In this document: positions 1 to 10,534 of the stretch, piece after piece | Numbering within the stretch: the stretch's first letter is position 1 | Layout of the letters: each line of letters begins with the position of its first letter | Assembly (NCBI GenBank): GCA_002402995.1 | Contig: DHGX01000003.1 | Location: forward strand, 3,765 to 67,764 | Direction of reading: 5' to 3' | DNA from: Patescibacteria group bacterium UBA4787 | GTDB lineage: Bacteria; Patescibacteriota; Patescibacteriia; UBA2591; UBA4787 | Length of the DNA stretch: 64,000 nt | Position numbers and translations under genes: made by a program | Notes under the pieces: model-generated | The model's input: only the letters and a program-made list of their open reading frames with translations | What the model was told of the DNA's origin: nothing | Database searches by the model: none

Positions 1-2
1 AA

Positions 3-1013
3 TTGCTTCAAACGAGTTGGCTGGTCATAGCGGAGATCGTTAACAGGATTATATTGGTGGCCGGCTTATTTTTCATTATTAAAAATAATCTTGGATTTTA
101 TATTTTGATATGGCTATTGGCAATAGTTGCCCTGGTTAATTTATTTATTTTATTTTTAATCGCTTTTTTTGAAAAAGAACAAAAAATAAAATTGGCTTTT
201 GACGTCGCTATTTGGAAAGATGTTTTGGGGCAGGCTTGGCCTATTGGCTTGGCCATCGCTTTAAATTTAATTTATTTTAAGGTCGACACATTGATTTTAT
301 CTCTTTACCATTCGGCGTCAGACGTGGGTTTTTACGGCGCCAGTTATCGCGTTTTGGAAACGTTAATGACCTTTCCTCTGATGTTTATAGGATTGGTTGT
401 TCCTTTTTTATCCAAATCTTGGTTGGAAGGCAGCCGAGAAAATTTTGAACGTTATTTGCAGAAAGCTTTTGATTTTTTGATTTTAGCGTCCATTCCTATG
501 GCGCTCGGAACTTATGTTCTGGCTGACAGATTAATGATTTTTGTGGCTGGTCCGGAATTTTCGGCAGCCGGACGCATCTTGAAAATTATTATTTTCGCTA
601 CCAGTATTATTTTTGTCAGCCAGCTTTTTACGCACACGCTTTTTGCCATTCGCAAACAGCGCTTAATGCTTTGGTTTTATTTATTAACGGCTGTTGTTGC
701 TCTGATCGCTTATTTTATATTTATCCCCATTTATTCTTATTGGGCCGCGGCCATCATTACTTTAACATCGGAATTGATTATTTTTGTCTCTGCTTATTTA
801 ATTGTAATGCGTACCGCAAAAATTAAATTAAAATGGCGGATTTTTTATCTAAGTTTTTTGGCCAGTTGCTCTATGTCTTTGATAATTTATCTGTTTCACG
901 GATTAAATTTATTCTTGTTAATTATTTTGGGTATTTTAGTTTATTCTATTATTATTTATTTAATAGGCGGAGTAGACAAAAAATTAATTCATAGTTTGTT
1001 GAAATTAAAATGA
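3..1013 (+). CDS. Wzx-like polysaccharide biosynthesis / flippase-family polytopic membrane protein (5' end truncated by window edge)
   Basis: Long ORF of multiple hydrophobic helices; motifs resemble the MOP/Wzx family (…GFYGASYRVLETLMTFPLMF…PFLSKSW…). Runs off the window start. Confidence 0.5.
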   Translation: MLQTSWLVIAEIVNRIILVAGLFFIIKNNLGFYILIWLLAIVALVNLFILFLIAFFEKEQKIKLAFDVAIWKDVLGQAWPIGLAIALNLIYFKVDTLILSLYHSASDVGFYGASYRVLETLMTFPLMFIGLVVPFLSKSWLEGSRENFERYLQKAFDFLILASIPMALGTYVLADRLMIFVAGPEFSAAGRILKIIIFATSIIFVSQLFTHTLFAIRKQRLMLWFYLLTAVVALIAYFIFIPIYSYWAAAIITLTSELIIFVSAYLIVMRTAKIKLKWRIFYLSFLASCSMSLIIYLFHGLNLFLLIILGILVYSIIIYLIGGVDKKLIHSLLKLK

Positions 1014-2272
1014 TCTGGATTATTGTTTCACTATTAATAATTTATTTTATTTTGGCCCTAAAGAAGCCGCATCTCGCTTTAGCTTTAATTCTATTTTTAT
1101 TGCCGAGCTATCAAATAAGATTTAATGTTTTCGCGCTCCCGACCACTTTTTTAGAGGGAATGATTTTGTTGTTTTCCTTGGCCACATTAATCCGCGAAAA
1201 GTTTAATTTTAAGAATATCTATTTCAGCGCGTCGCGCCGTTGGCGATATCTGGTTTTGGCCTGGCTTTTGTGTTCCAGTTTGGCGATTTTTGTTTCTCCG
1301 AATAGAATCGCGGCGCTGGGAATTTGGAAAGCTTATTTTGTCGAACCGATTATTCTCTTTTTTTTGTTTCTGTTTTATTTTCGAGATCGCAGCCAGAGAA
1401 AATTATTTATTTATAGTTTATTAGGATCGGCTTTTTATCTTTCCGTATACGCGATTTACCAAAAAATCACGGGCCAAGGCGTTTATAGCTTGGAAATCTG
1501 GCCAAGCGGCCGAGTTTTAAGATCAACGGGCTTGTTTTCTTATCCCAACGCTCTGGGTTTATATTTAGCGCCGCTTATAATGGTCGCTGTTGGTTATTGG
1601 CGATCAGCCATTTCAAAATTTGAAAAAACATTTTTAATATCGGTGATTATTTCTTCGATTTTGGCGATTATCTTTTCCCGATCCGAAGGCGCCATATTGG
1701 GAATAATTATTGGTTGTTTTTCTTTTGGTTTTTTGTATTCGTCTTGGCGTAAAAAGACCATTTTATCGTTTTTAATTTTTGTTTTGATTATAGTCGGTTT
1801 ATATTTTTTTGTTCCCAGCGCTAAAAATTATTTGTATCCCAAGGTTGCCTTCAAAGATTTTTCTTCGCAGGTGCGCCTGGGAATATGGCGTGAATCTTTT
1901 AATATGCTTAAAGATCATTCTATTCTCGGCGCGGGCTTGGCCGGTTATCAGAAAACAATGCCGTCTTATCATAAAATAAATTATGTGGAAATTTATCTTT
2001 ATCCGCACAATATTATTTTAAATTTTTGGTCGGAATTGGGGCTATTGGGTTTAATAATTTTTATTTTAATTATTTATAGTTTCTTCGCGCGCGCCAGAGA
2101 TAAGATTAAAGAGGCGAAGCAGAAGCAAGATATTTCGGCGCTTTGGTTGATCGCTGCTGTGTCTAGCGCCATGATTGTAGTTTTAGCGCATGGGCTGGTG
2201 GACGCACCTTATTTTAAAAATGATCTGTCTATCATTTTTTGGCTGATAAGCGCCGTTGTTTTAGCTATTTAA
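1010..2272 (+). CDS. O-antigen ligase / polymerase (Wzy_C, WaaL-like) family membrane protein
   Basis: 420-aa polytopic protein with the Wzy_C-type loop (…LGAGLAGYQKTMPSYH…YPHNIILNFWSELGLLGL…). Start overlaps the stop of the upstream flippase-like gene (ATGA). Confidence 0.55.
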   Translation: MIWIIVSLLIIYFILALKKPHLALALILFLLPSYQIRFNVFALPTTFLEGMILLFSLATLIREKFNFKNIYFSASRRWRYLVLAWLLCSSLAIFVSPNRIAALGIWKAYFVEPIILFFLFLFYFRDRSQRKLFIYSLLGSAFYLSVYAIYQKITGQGVYSLEIWPSGRVLRSTGLFSYPNALGLYLAPLIMVAVGYWRSAISKFEKTFLISVIISSILAIIFSRSEGAILGIIIGCFSFGFLYSSWRKKTILSFLIFVLIIVGLYFFVPSAKNYLYPKVAFKDFSSQVRLGIWRESFNMLKDHSILGAGLAGYQKTMPSYHKINYVEIYLYPHNIILNFWSELGLLGLIIFILIIYSFFARARDKIKEAKQKQDISALWLIAAVSSAMIVVLAHGLVDAPYFKNDLSIIFWLISAVVLAI

Positions 2273-2299
2273 TTTTTCGGCGGAGTTGTGGATAACCCC

Positions 2300-2331
2300 C
2301 CCCTCTCAATATGTTGTGTTTATGCTATAAT
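2300..2331 (+). promoter_or_regulatory. Putative promoter of giant gene 1 (extended -10 TGcTATAAT at ~2323-2331, weak -35)
   Basis: tgcTATAAT motif lies 65 nt upstream of the GTG start at 2396. Confidence 0.3.
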
Positions 2332-2395
2332 TAGGGTCAGACATACGAATTCAGACGGTTATGAAGTTAAAAAGTAACGCCCAAATTGTTATATT

Positions 2396-5300
2396 GTGAC
2401 CACATATAAACAAAAAATTATTTATGTCTTTTGCCTGCTTTTATGCTTGCCAAATTTTGTTTTGGCTGGCGTTAGCCAAAATGATACCACGGGCGTTTAT
2501 GCGAATACTTTAAGCGACTACACGGGTATAAGCCGGACCAGCAATTTGCGTTTGGATAATGGTAAAATTGCCTTGAGTCAAAATACCAATCATCAATATC
2601 AAGAAGATTTTACCACCGCGGTATATGGCGCTAGTTCCACCGCGCTCTGGGACATTGCGAACCATCGATTATCTTTGAAGTCAAAAAATATTTTTGTGGC
2701 GAAAAATGGACTGGACGCCAATTCAGGCACGGAAGACGCGCCTTTTTTGACCGTGGCCAAGGCGTTGGCAGTGGTTCAGCCGGGCGACACGATCTATGTG
2801 AAAAAAGGGATTTATTATGTAAGCTCATATTTCACGAGCATCGTGGGCACAGCCGACGCGCCTATTACGATTATGCCGTACCCAGGAGATCGTTACCAAG
2901 TTATTTTTGACGGCGAAGGTGTTTCTCTCTACAGTTTTGGCTACTCCTCTTTGCGATACCTGACCATTGACGGTTTCATTTTCCGCAATTATCCCGATGG
3001 CCCGATTTTAGGCGGTCCCTACACATGCGACCACAATATTTATAAAAATAGTATAGTTTACGGCATTCTCCATACCGGCGAGGATATAAATTGCTCTTAC
3101 AATAAAATTATTAATAATTTATATATTGGCGGGCAACAACAGCTTTATTTGCCTAACGCTACAAATAACGCCGCTATTTTGAATAATAGTTTTTTGAAAT
3201 ATTCCAGAGACACAGCTATTTACGCTCCAACTGCTGGTACTGCTGATCACGCGATAAAAAACAACATTTTCTATACCATGGGCAATTACGGGGTTGACGA
3301 TCCCGGTCATTATTTTATTAGTTATCAAAATGGCGGCATTTCCAGTATTGATAATAATCTATATTATAACCCTTTTTCCAATTCTTATTTGTTTCATTAC
3401 AACCACGGCGCTGGCGCAGTATACTATTCCAACAATAGCGCTGATTTTTCCACTTGGCAGGGTTATGGTTTTGACGCGCATTCTTTGATCAATCAAGATC
3501 CAATGTTCACCCCGGGAGACCTCGGTTTGTATTATCTGGCCGCAAACAGCCCGGCCATTGACGCTGGCGCTAATGATTCAGATGTTTCCTATTTAACTGA
3601 CGGCAATTGGTGCACTTCATCTACTAACACGCCTGACACAGGCACCGTGGACATGGGTTTCCATTATTTCTGCGGCACAGCTGAAGCTGTGGCCAATCGT
3701 TATCCCTCTTCTGGGGAAGCGCTTTCTAATGAGATAAACAGCAATGATTTTTCAACAAAAAATGTCAGTAAAGCTACTCTAACCGCTACTTATGATCTCA
3801 ACGGTTTAGCCGCGAGCAATCTGGTATTTTATCTTTCGGCAGATAGCGGCGCCAATTGGGAAGAAGTTACTTCTGGCGTTGAACATACTTTTACTAATAC
3901 TGGCACAAGCTTATATTGGAAAGCTGTTTTAACTACCAACGACGAAACTAAAACGCCCGTGGTCACGCAAATAGTCGTAGATTATACCTACGCGACAACT
4001 CCTGTAACTTCAGCCCAAGAATCTTTTACCGATGATTTTGTGACTCCCTCTTTCCAAAGCGGGACTGAGGGATGGGGAGGTAATGAGACTTTTGGCGATG
4101 GTTCAGGCTTGAGGTTAACATCTACTACCGACTATTGGACTTGGCCTTTACGCAGCAGTGGATCATATACGGTGGGTGGCGTAAATTTAGGCACCGTGCT
4201 TTCACTGCCAGATTCAAACACCTACACCCCTGCCGTGGTTTTAGACAAACAAAACCATCCAGCGGTTTTATTCAAGGTCTACGAAGGCGATCTCGACACC
4301 TATAATCTGTTCTTCGCGCGTTGGAACGGCGCGAACTGGGTTAAAGCCGATGGCGTTGCTGGTTATGATCAAATATTAGCCACTAGCACCTATCAAATCA
4401 CAGAATATAAATTATTGTTTGACACCCAGAATCGCCCATATGTGGCTTTCGCGAGAAAAGAGGCAGACGCAATTCATACTAATGCCTATTTTTCATATTT
4501 TAACGGCACAGCTTGGACCACGGCTCAAAAAATCAGCGGCTCGCCGTCTGATTGGGGTTGGTATCTCGATTTCGCCATAGATGCTAACAACCGGCCTTGC
4601 GTGGTTTTTTCCGGCTACATTGACGCTACTGACTATGAAGATATTTATTTGACTTGTTTAAATAACGGGACCTGGACTTACGCTGATAACACCACTCCTG
4701 GTTTGGAAAATGTCAGCCAAGTTAACCACGCCAGTTATCCAGAATCTGCCACTATTATTTTTGACAATAACAATCGACCGATGGTTGCCTGGACAGACCA
4801 CACTTCAAACCAAGTAGCTTTCACGCGTTGGAACGGCGCAACCTGGACTTACGCTGATAACACCACCCCCGGCATTGAATATTTTGCTAACGCGACTGCT
4901 GACGGAAACGCGCGATTGGCGATTGACGGCTCGGACCACCCGATTTTGGTATGGAGGAACTACACCGTTACAACGGGAGGGAGTTGTGGTTTTAAAAAAT
5001 ATTATAAAACTACGACGACGAATATTTATTTGAATTATTGGAACGGCACAGCCTGGAAAGCTATGAACGGAGTTGATGATGGCCCGGAAACAATACATTC
5101 AAGAACAGCGACCGCCTGCAACTCTACATTACCCGTTAATTTTAAAATGCTTTTAGACTCTAATTTTAGGCCGAATTTTGCGTTTAGCGATTGTGCTTAT
5201 GATCCTGATACTGGCTGGAAGAACGCATTTTTATTTAGCAAATGGAATGGTTCAATGTGGACAGAAGCTGATGGGGCAACGCCTTTTGATTATAATAATT

Positions 5301-8300
5301 ATAATGTCCTTTTTAATGCACATCCTTCATATTTTGTTCTTGATCAAAACAATTATCCCAATTTAATTTTAAGCAACACGTCTTTCACCGCTTGGAACGG
5401 CACAGCGTGGGCTAACCTTATTAACGAAGCCAATACCAGCACAAATCTCGGCGATAATACGGTCACGGGTTTTTTAGTGGACAATGATGATAATCTTTTT
5501 GTTTTTAATTCTTCAAATGTAATCGCCACCTCATATCAAGGTGCTCCAGCCATAGTCGAGTATAACACCCCTGGGCACTATAACGCCAATTACACACCTA
5601 CCGGGCTTTCAACTGATTATACTTATGTGGTGGAAAGTGTTACCATGACCAGCTTAACAACCGATCTTCACGGCTTGGCTGCTTCAAGTTTAAGTTATCA
5701 GGTGCGTTGTTCCAATACAGGCGACTGGGAAACGGTTGCCTTGAACGAACAAAAGACTTTAATTTGCACAAACAATTTGTTTAACTACAAGGCCAATTTA
5801 AGCACCGCTGACCCAAACCAAACTCCAGAAATCAAAAACATCACCTGGCAAATCACCTATAGAGCTATTGACAACGAGGCTGCGGCTAACACGCTTTATG
5901 ACCATAACGACGTTTTGAGCAGTTCCACCACCTTTACTATTGATTCGGCCGCGGCGGTTTATGACGCCACGAACCAGAGGATTAAATTTAATCCTACGCC
6001 TTGGCGGGATTTAGTTAATGAAGCTTATGATCCTACTTATTTAAGCGCCACAGAAACTGGCTTTATGGATAACCCCCAGATCATCACTGACAGCAATAAC
6101 CGTTTGTGCGCAGTTTGGCGCGAAGGCGTTTTCAACAAAGGCGACATTTATTACTCCTGCTGGAGCGGCGCGGCTTGGGTGAAAGCAGACGGCACGACTG
6201 GTTATGATAACGTGAGCAACAATACCGGCGACTCTGATTTTCCTAGGCTGCTTTTGGACAACAATAATTATCCTTACGTGGTTTGGCAGGACAGCACCGA
6301 TAGTCATGCTTCGAGTACGGCCAATTACGACATTTTTTTTAAGTACTATGACGGTTCAACTTGGCGTGGTTTGAAAAACGCCGCGACCCATGACAATTTA
6401 TCGCAAAATCTCGGGCCTTCGTATTATCCGGAATTTGTTTTAGATAGCGTTAACCATTATCCGCAAGTTATCTGGCAGGACAGAAGCGAAGGCTTATGGA
6501 AAATTTATTACACCAAATGGAACGGCGTTGATTGGGTGAAAACCAACGGTGATTCTGGTTACGAGTCGCCCACAGGCCCAGTGATTTCATATCATGACAG
6601 TTTTGAGCGCAAACCGCCGATTCATCAATACGGCAAGATAAAGCTCAATAGCAATAACCAGCCGAATATTTTGTGGCAAGGATATTTTAACGAAGCCGGC
6701 GCCAGTCACACCAAGTCCCAAATATATTTTACCTATTACAATGGTTCAGCTTGGGCAGGCTTGGAAAACGCTTCTTCCACGCGCGATAATGTTAGTAATA
6801 CCACGAGCAGTGACTGGAACATGCAACCCAATCCTGATTTTGCCATTGACAGCAGCAACCGTGTTTACGCGGCTTGGATTGATAATTATCCTGATGTGTA
6901 TGGTGATGGATTTTATTTCAAATATTTTGATGGCAGCAATTGGGTGGGTTTGGCCAGCGCCACTTCCCAGCCGGATTGGATTTTTGATTTTATGCCTGAT
7001 CTTGCGAGCGGCAGTGACGACTACATTTATCATTACACCCAAGTAGAATTAGACAGTCAAAGCCGTCCTCACATCTTGGCTATGAAAACCACGGGTTGGT
7101 CTGTCAACAGAAATAATTGTTATACTTATTGGAACGGTTCGCAGTGGTCAAAAATTGACGGGGTAACAGGCGGTTATGATTCATTTGGCACCGGCGAACA
7201 AGCAGAATTTGTTTTAAAAGATGATTTTCCTTGGGTGATATATAAAACCGATCGAGCAGTTAAATTTGTGAAGGGTACGGCTTCTGGTTTTGAATCAGCG
7301 CAAGGGGTTTCACACCAAACGGTTAACCAAGCCTCAAGCGTTTACCCCGTGATTGCCAAAGCCGGTAACGGCGATATGTACGGAGCTTGGGTGGAGGGTA
7401 GGACCACCGGCCAAGGCAGCCGCTTGGCAATAAAAAAACATAGCGCTTCGTCCACAACCGAACAAACCGCCACGATTATTTCCACCGCAGCTAATTTAAC
7501 GTCATCGGGATACCGATATATCACCTCAGCCACTTTAACCGCCTCAGCCACGCTTAACAACGGAACCATCGTTTATTATTTATCCGCAGACAATGGCGCG
7601 CATTGGGAAGGCCCGATTACTTCCGAGGTGGAGCATATTTTTACCAATACTGGTCGAGTCTTAAAATGGAAAGCTGTTTTAACTGGCGATGGAGTTAATA
7701 AGCTGCCGGAAATTGACGCGATTACTGTGGCTTATAACATCAGCGATTATGCTTCCAGCGGTTATCTTATCTCTAAATTAGTTCAGCCCGCGGAGATCGG
7801 TTCATGGGACAGGGTTGTGGTTAGTCAAACTTTGAACGGCGGTACAGTCAGTTATCAGATTTTAGATAAAAATGGTAACTTAGTGCCTGACAGCGAACTC
7901 ACTGGCAACAGCGCGGGCTTAACTCCAATTGACAGTGAATTAAATATTGCTTCTATAAACGCTTCTAACACCAATTATTCTTCCTTATATATCAAGGCAA
8001 CCGTAAATTCGGCCAACTCAGTTTCTACTCCCACGATTACCAGCTTGAACGCTAAATGGATCAAAGCTAAGGCCGGTAACGATGTAGTTAGTAATGGCGC
8101 TGCTTCTTTTGACGCCACATCGTCAATTGGCGAAGTCTATACTTGCGCTTGGGATTTTGATTCATCGGACGGCGTTGATTGGAATAATCCTGATTCTAAC
8201 TCCTGTCAGGTCGACTATGACTATACCCCCAAAGGCGGCGGTTCTTACACGGCCACTTTAAGAATCAAGCAAGGAACTGCCACGGCTTATGATTATGACA

Positions 8301-10321
8301 CCAGAGTGGTGGCGGTTACCGTGGGCAGCGGTGGCAGCACGCCCACTCCTCCGCCTGCTGAAACTCCTGTTCCAACTACTATTTCTTTATCGCTTAATCC
8401 GTCTTCGCTTTTCGCTGATGCCATTAGCCAAAGCGCGTTGACCGCTGAAGTCTTTGACCAGTTCAATAATCATGTGGCTAACAACACGCCTATCGCCTGG
8501 GATATTGTTTCTGGCAGCGGCTCTTTGGCTTCTGCTTCTACTCCAACCACGAATGGTTTGGCTTCTAACACCTACACAGCCGGCGCTCAAGCAGGCGACA
8601 TTGTCATTAAGGCCTGTACCGCTAATCTCAAATGCAATGAAAAGACATTAACCTTGAAAGCGATTGAAGGACCCTCGGTTTTAACCAGTTTAACCATTTC
8701 CCCTAAAACTCTTTCTTTAAAAAAAGGGCAAACCGCGCAATTCTCCGCGATTGCCAAGGATCAATATAATAATACTTTAACCGGTTTGGTTTTAGAATGG
8801 CTAACCAGTAATTCGTCTCTCGGCCTGATCAATTCCAGTGGCCTTTTTCAGGCTTTGGCTAAAGGCATAGTAACGATTACCGCGAAAAGCGCTGGTCTTT
8901 CTGATCAAGCCGCGGTTACTGTCACTGATACTGACGAGCCAGAGATAATTCTGCCTGTTTCACCTACGCCCGAACCGCCAACAGTTCCAATTACGCCAAC
9001 TCCGACACCCGGAACAACGCCTACGCCTATCCCAACGACACCAGGTGTGGGTACTATTACTACTCCATCGACTGGCGGGTCTGCCTCGCCAAGTCAAGGC
9101 GGGCCAGAAACAGGAATTGGCGTTGGCGCGGAAGCGCCAAGTGAAAATATTCCTATTGTTCAGTTGCCGTCGGTCTTTGAAGAGAAAATAGCTCAACTTG
9201 ACATAGTTTTTGAAAAAGCCAAAGAAATTTATCAAACTAAAATTTTAGAGAATAAAACCGTTCAAAAAGTTAATCAGCAAGCGGCTTTGCCGGTTATCGC
9301 GGTTGTTTCAGCGCTTAACGTGGCAGCCAGTGTTCCAGCCGCGGCTTCGACCCTGCCATTACTCCAATATCTTTTTCAGCTTCTCAAATTCTTTTTCACT
9401 CAACCGGCTTATCTTTTCGTCAGACGACGCAAGTCTTGGGGCACGGTCTATGATGCCATTACCAAACAGCCTGTTGGTTTAGCGATGGTTAGGCTTTACG
9501 AGTTGGTGCCGTCTTTAACCGAACAAGGATCAATCAAGAAATTGGTTCAAACCAAAGTAACCGGGCCGGATGGCCGTTATTTCTTTGCGGTTAAACCAAA
9601 GACCGATTATCAGCTCGAAGTTAATAGTGTCGATTATAATTTTCCTTCAAAATATCTTAACCAACAGCCCAGTGACCGTCTTTATCAAAATTTATATTAT
9701 GGCTCGGTTTTTCGTTCAGGGGCCGAGGGATTGATAAATTTCAATTTGCCTCTTGATTTGCAAGAGGGTAAAACGAGCATCGCCGGCTCAACCAAAAAAG
9801 TTAAGTCGTCATTTGCCAATTTAGAGGAATTTTTCAAGGCTCCGGCAGATGAAAAAGAAAAAGCTTATCACCAAGTTAAGCGTCAAGCCAATTTGAGAAA
9901 ATTGGCTCAAGGAATTTCTTATCTTTCGCCGAGCTTGGCTCTGGTTAATTTAATTATTTCACCCAACGCGCTAACTCTGGTTTTCCTTTTTGTTCATTTA
10001 ATTTTACTTTTTATCTTCAGGTTTTTTAACCCAAATGTTCTAATTAAGTCATTGGGCAGAACCTTCAATCTCAATACCCAAGAGCCGGTAGGCCAGACCT
10101 TAGTTTACTTATTTGAACCCCAATTTAACAAACTCGTTCAAACTCAGATTGCCGACACCAGGGGGAAATACGGTTTCTTGATCGGAGATGAAAAATATTA
10201 TTTGGTCGCTCAAAAACCCGGCTATGTTTTTCCTCAAGACAAAATGGAAATTGTCGGTCAAGCCGAGAGCATGGTGAAGAAAGATTTAGGGATGAAGCGG
10301 AGTCAGCAGAAAACTTCATAA
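2396..10321 (+). CDS. Giant secreted multidomain surface protein (2641 aa). Signal peptide; right-handed beta-helix (pectate-lyase-like) region; 13x ~65-aa WNGxxW repeats; FN3/PKD-like modules; 3 Big_2 Ig-like domains; Pro/Thr-rich linker; C-terminal membrane anchor with 2 CarboxypepD_reg-like domains
   Basis: Single 7.9-kb ORF with GTG start. N-terminal hydrophobic signal (…CLLLCLPNFVLAG). NNxF/NNIFY beta-helix rungs. Repeated D..NRP.V.W…WNG..W blocks. PKD-like WIKAKAGNDV…CAWDFD…GVDWNNPDSNSCQ. Big_2-like LTSLTISPKTLSLKKGQTAQF. PTPEPPTVPITPTPTPG linker. C-terminal TM, RRRKSWGTVYD…GPDGRYFF, TM, QTQIADTRGKYGFLIG…KPGYVFP. Confidence 0.8.
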   Translation: MTTYKQKIIYVFCLLLCLPNFVLAGVSQNDTTGVYANTLSDYTGISRTSNLRLDNGKIALSQNTNHQYQEDFTTAVYGASSTALWDIANHRLSLKSKNIFVAKNGLDANSGTEDAPFLTVAKALAVVQPGDTIYVKKGIYYVSSYFTSIVGTADAPITIMPYPGDRYQVIFDGEGVSLYSFGYSSLRYLTIDGFIFRNYPDGPILGGPYTCDHNIYKNSIVYGILHTGEDINCSYNKIINNLYIGGQQQLYLPNATNNAAILNNSFLKYSRDTAIYAPTAGTADHAIKNNIFYTMGNYGVDDPGHYFISYQNGGISSIDNNLYYNPFSNSYLFHYNHGAGAVYYSNNSADFSTWQGYGFDAHSLINQDPMFTPGDLGLYYLAANSPAIDAGANDSDVSYLTDGNWCTSSTNTPDTGTVDMGFHYFCGTAEAVANRYPSSGEALSNEINSNDFSTKNVSKATLTATYDLNGLAASNLVFYLSADSGANWEEVTSGVEHTFTNTGTSLYWKAVLTTNDETKTPVVTQIVVDYTYATTPVTSAQESFTDDFVTPSFQSGTEGWGGNETFGDGSGLRLTSTTDYWTWPLRSSGSYTVGGVNLGTVLSLPDSNTYTPAVVLDKQNHPAVLFKVYEGDLDTYNLFFARWNGANWVKADGVAGYDQILATSTYQITEYKLLFDTQNRPYVAFARKEADAIHTNAYFSYFNGTAWTTAQKISGSPSDWGWYLDFAIDANNRPCVVFSGYIDATDYEDIYLTCLNNGTWTYADNTTPGLENVSQVNHASYPESATIIFDNNNRPMVAWTDHTSNQVAFTRWNGATWTYADNTTPGIEYFANATADGNARLAIDGSDHPILVWRNYTVTTGGSCGFKKYYKTTTTNIYLNYWNGTAWKAMNGVDDGPETIHSRTATACNSTLPVNFKMLLDSNFRPNFAFSDCAYDPDTGWKNAFLFSKWNGSMWTEADGATPFDYNNYNVLFNAHPSYFVLDQNNYPNLILSNTSFTAWNGTAWANLINEANTSTNLGDNTVTGFLVDNDDNLFVFNSSNVIATSYQGAPAIVEYNTPGHYNANYTPTGLSTDYTYVVESVTMTSLTTDLHGLAASSLSYQVRCSNTGDWETVALNEQKTLICTNNLFNYKANLSTADPNQTPEIKNITWQITYRAIDNEAAANTLYDHNDVLSSSTTFTIDSAAAVYDATNQRIKFNPTPWRDLVNEAYDPTYLSATETGFMDNPQIITDSNNRLCAVWREGVFNKGDIYYSCWSGAAWVKADGTTGYDNVSNNTGDSDFPRLLLDNNNYPYVVWQDSTDSHASSTANYDIFFKYYDGSTWRGLKNAATHDNLSQNLGPSYYPEFVLDSVNHYPQVIWQDRSEGLWKIYYTKWNGVDWVKTNGDSGYESPTGPVISYHDSFERKPPIHQYGKIKLNSNNQPNILWQGYFNEAGASHTKSQIYFTYYNGSAWAGLENASSTRDNVSNTTSSDWNMQPNPDFAIDSSNRVYAAWIDNYPDVYGDGFYFKYFDGSNWVGLASATSQPDWIFDFMPDLASGSDDYIYHYTQVELDSQSRPHILAMKTTGWSVNRNNCYTYWNGSQWSKIDGVTGGYDSFGTGEQAEFVLKDDFPWVIYKTDRAVKFVKGTASGFESAQGVSHQTVNQASSVYPVIAKAGNGDMYGAWVEGRTTGQGSRLAIKKHSASSTTEQTATIISTAANLTSSGYRYITSATLTASATLNNGTIVYYLSADNGAHWEGPITSEVEHIFTNTGRVLKWKAVLTGDGVNKLPEIDAITVAYNISDYASSGYLISKLVQPAEIGSWDRVVVSQTLNGGTVSYQILDKNGNLVPDSELTGNSAGLTPIDSELNIASINASNTNYSSLYIKATVNSANSVSTPTITSLNAKWIKAKAGNDVVSNGAASFDATSSIGEVYTCAWDFDSSDGVDWNNPDSNSCQVDYDYTPKGGGSYTATLRIKQGTATAYDYDTRVVAVTVGSGGSTPTPPPAETPVPTTISLSLNPSSLFADAISQSALTAEVFDQFNNHVANNTPIAWDIVSGSGSLASASTPTTNGLASNTYTAGAQAGDIVIKACTANLKCNEKTLTLKAIEGPSVLTSLTISPKTLSLKKGQTAQFSAIAKDQYNNTLTGLVLEWLTSNSSLGLINSSGLFQALAKGIVTITAKSAGLSDQAAVTVTDTDEPEIILPVSPTPEPPTVPITPTPTPGTTPTPIPTTPGVGTITTPSTGGSASPSQGGPETGIGVGAEAPSENIPIVQLPSVFEEKIAQLDIVFEKAKEIYQTKILENKTVQKVNQQAALPVIAVVSALNVAASVPAAASTLPLLQYLFQLLKFFFTQPAYLFVRRRKSWGTVYDAITKQPVGLAMVRLYELVPSLTEQGSIKKLVQTKVTGPDGRYFFAVKPKTDYQLEVNSVDYNFPSKYLNQQPSDRLYQNLYYGSVFRSGAEGLINFNLPLDLQEGKTSIAGSTKKVKSSFANLEEFFKAPADEKEKAYHQVKRQANLRKLAQGISYLSPSLALVNLIISPNALTLVFLFVHLILLFIFRFFNPNVLIKSLGRTFNLNTQEPVGQTLVYLFEPQFNKLVQTQIADTRGKYGFLIGDEKYYLVAQKPGYVFPQDKMEIVGQAESMVKKDLGMKRSQQKTS
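4310..7150 (+). repeat. Array of 13 tandem ~65-aa WNG-x-x-W protein repeats (coding repeat) inside giant gene 1
   Basis: Recurring (F/Y)x(R/K/Y)WNG(A/T/S)xW…ADG(T/V)xGYD blocks, each preceded by (L/I)DxxN(R/H/Y)Px(V/I)xW. Near-identical 27-nt DNA stretch acctggacttacgctgataacaccac at ~4664 and ~4845 shows a recent unit duplication. Confidence 0.7.
7500..8340 (+). repeat. Module shared with giant gene 2 (FN3-like + beta-sandwich + PKD-like), paralogous to ~11800-12620
   Basis: Protein-level collinear similarity: YYLSADNGAHWEG…WKAVLTG vs YQMSADGGSHWEN…WKTVLTT; WIKAKAGNDVVSNGAASFDATSS…GVDWNNPDSNSCQ…RIKQGTATAYDYDT in both. Confidence 0.7.
9290..10318 (+). repeat. C-terminal anchor module (TM - CarboxypepD_reg-like - 2 TM - CarboxypepD_reg-like) paralogous to 13900-14914 in giant gene 2
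   Basis: RRRKSWGTVYD…TGPDGRYFF and …QTQIAD..G.YGFLIG..KYYLVA.KPGYVFPQDKMEIVGQ…KKDLGMK are conserved between the two giants (~65-90% aa identity over the module). Confidence 0.75.
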
Positions 10322-10534
10322 TTCAAAGAATTTGGACAAAACTGTCTGAAACATTTTTATAAATCGCCGGAATTTTTATCGAAGGGAGATGTTTTGGTTT
10401 TGTCCAACGACTTCGTTTACAAGATAGGAGAAACGATTAAATAAATTGACAGGCGTTGCTCACAGTGATATTCTTAGGATAGATACGCGGAAATTTGACT
10501 ATTGAGTTTTCTATATTTTATAACAATTTCTGAT

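Noticed and set aside
2631-10319. Small ORFs on both strands inside the giant gene 1 (e.g. 2631-2828, 4805-5098, 6041-6307, 8960-9235)
   Set aside because: Fully embedded in a continuous 7.9-kb ORF with coherent domain architecture; no independent signals.
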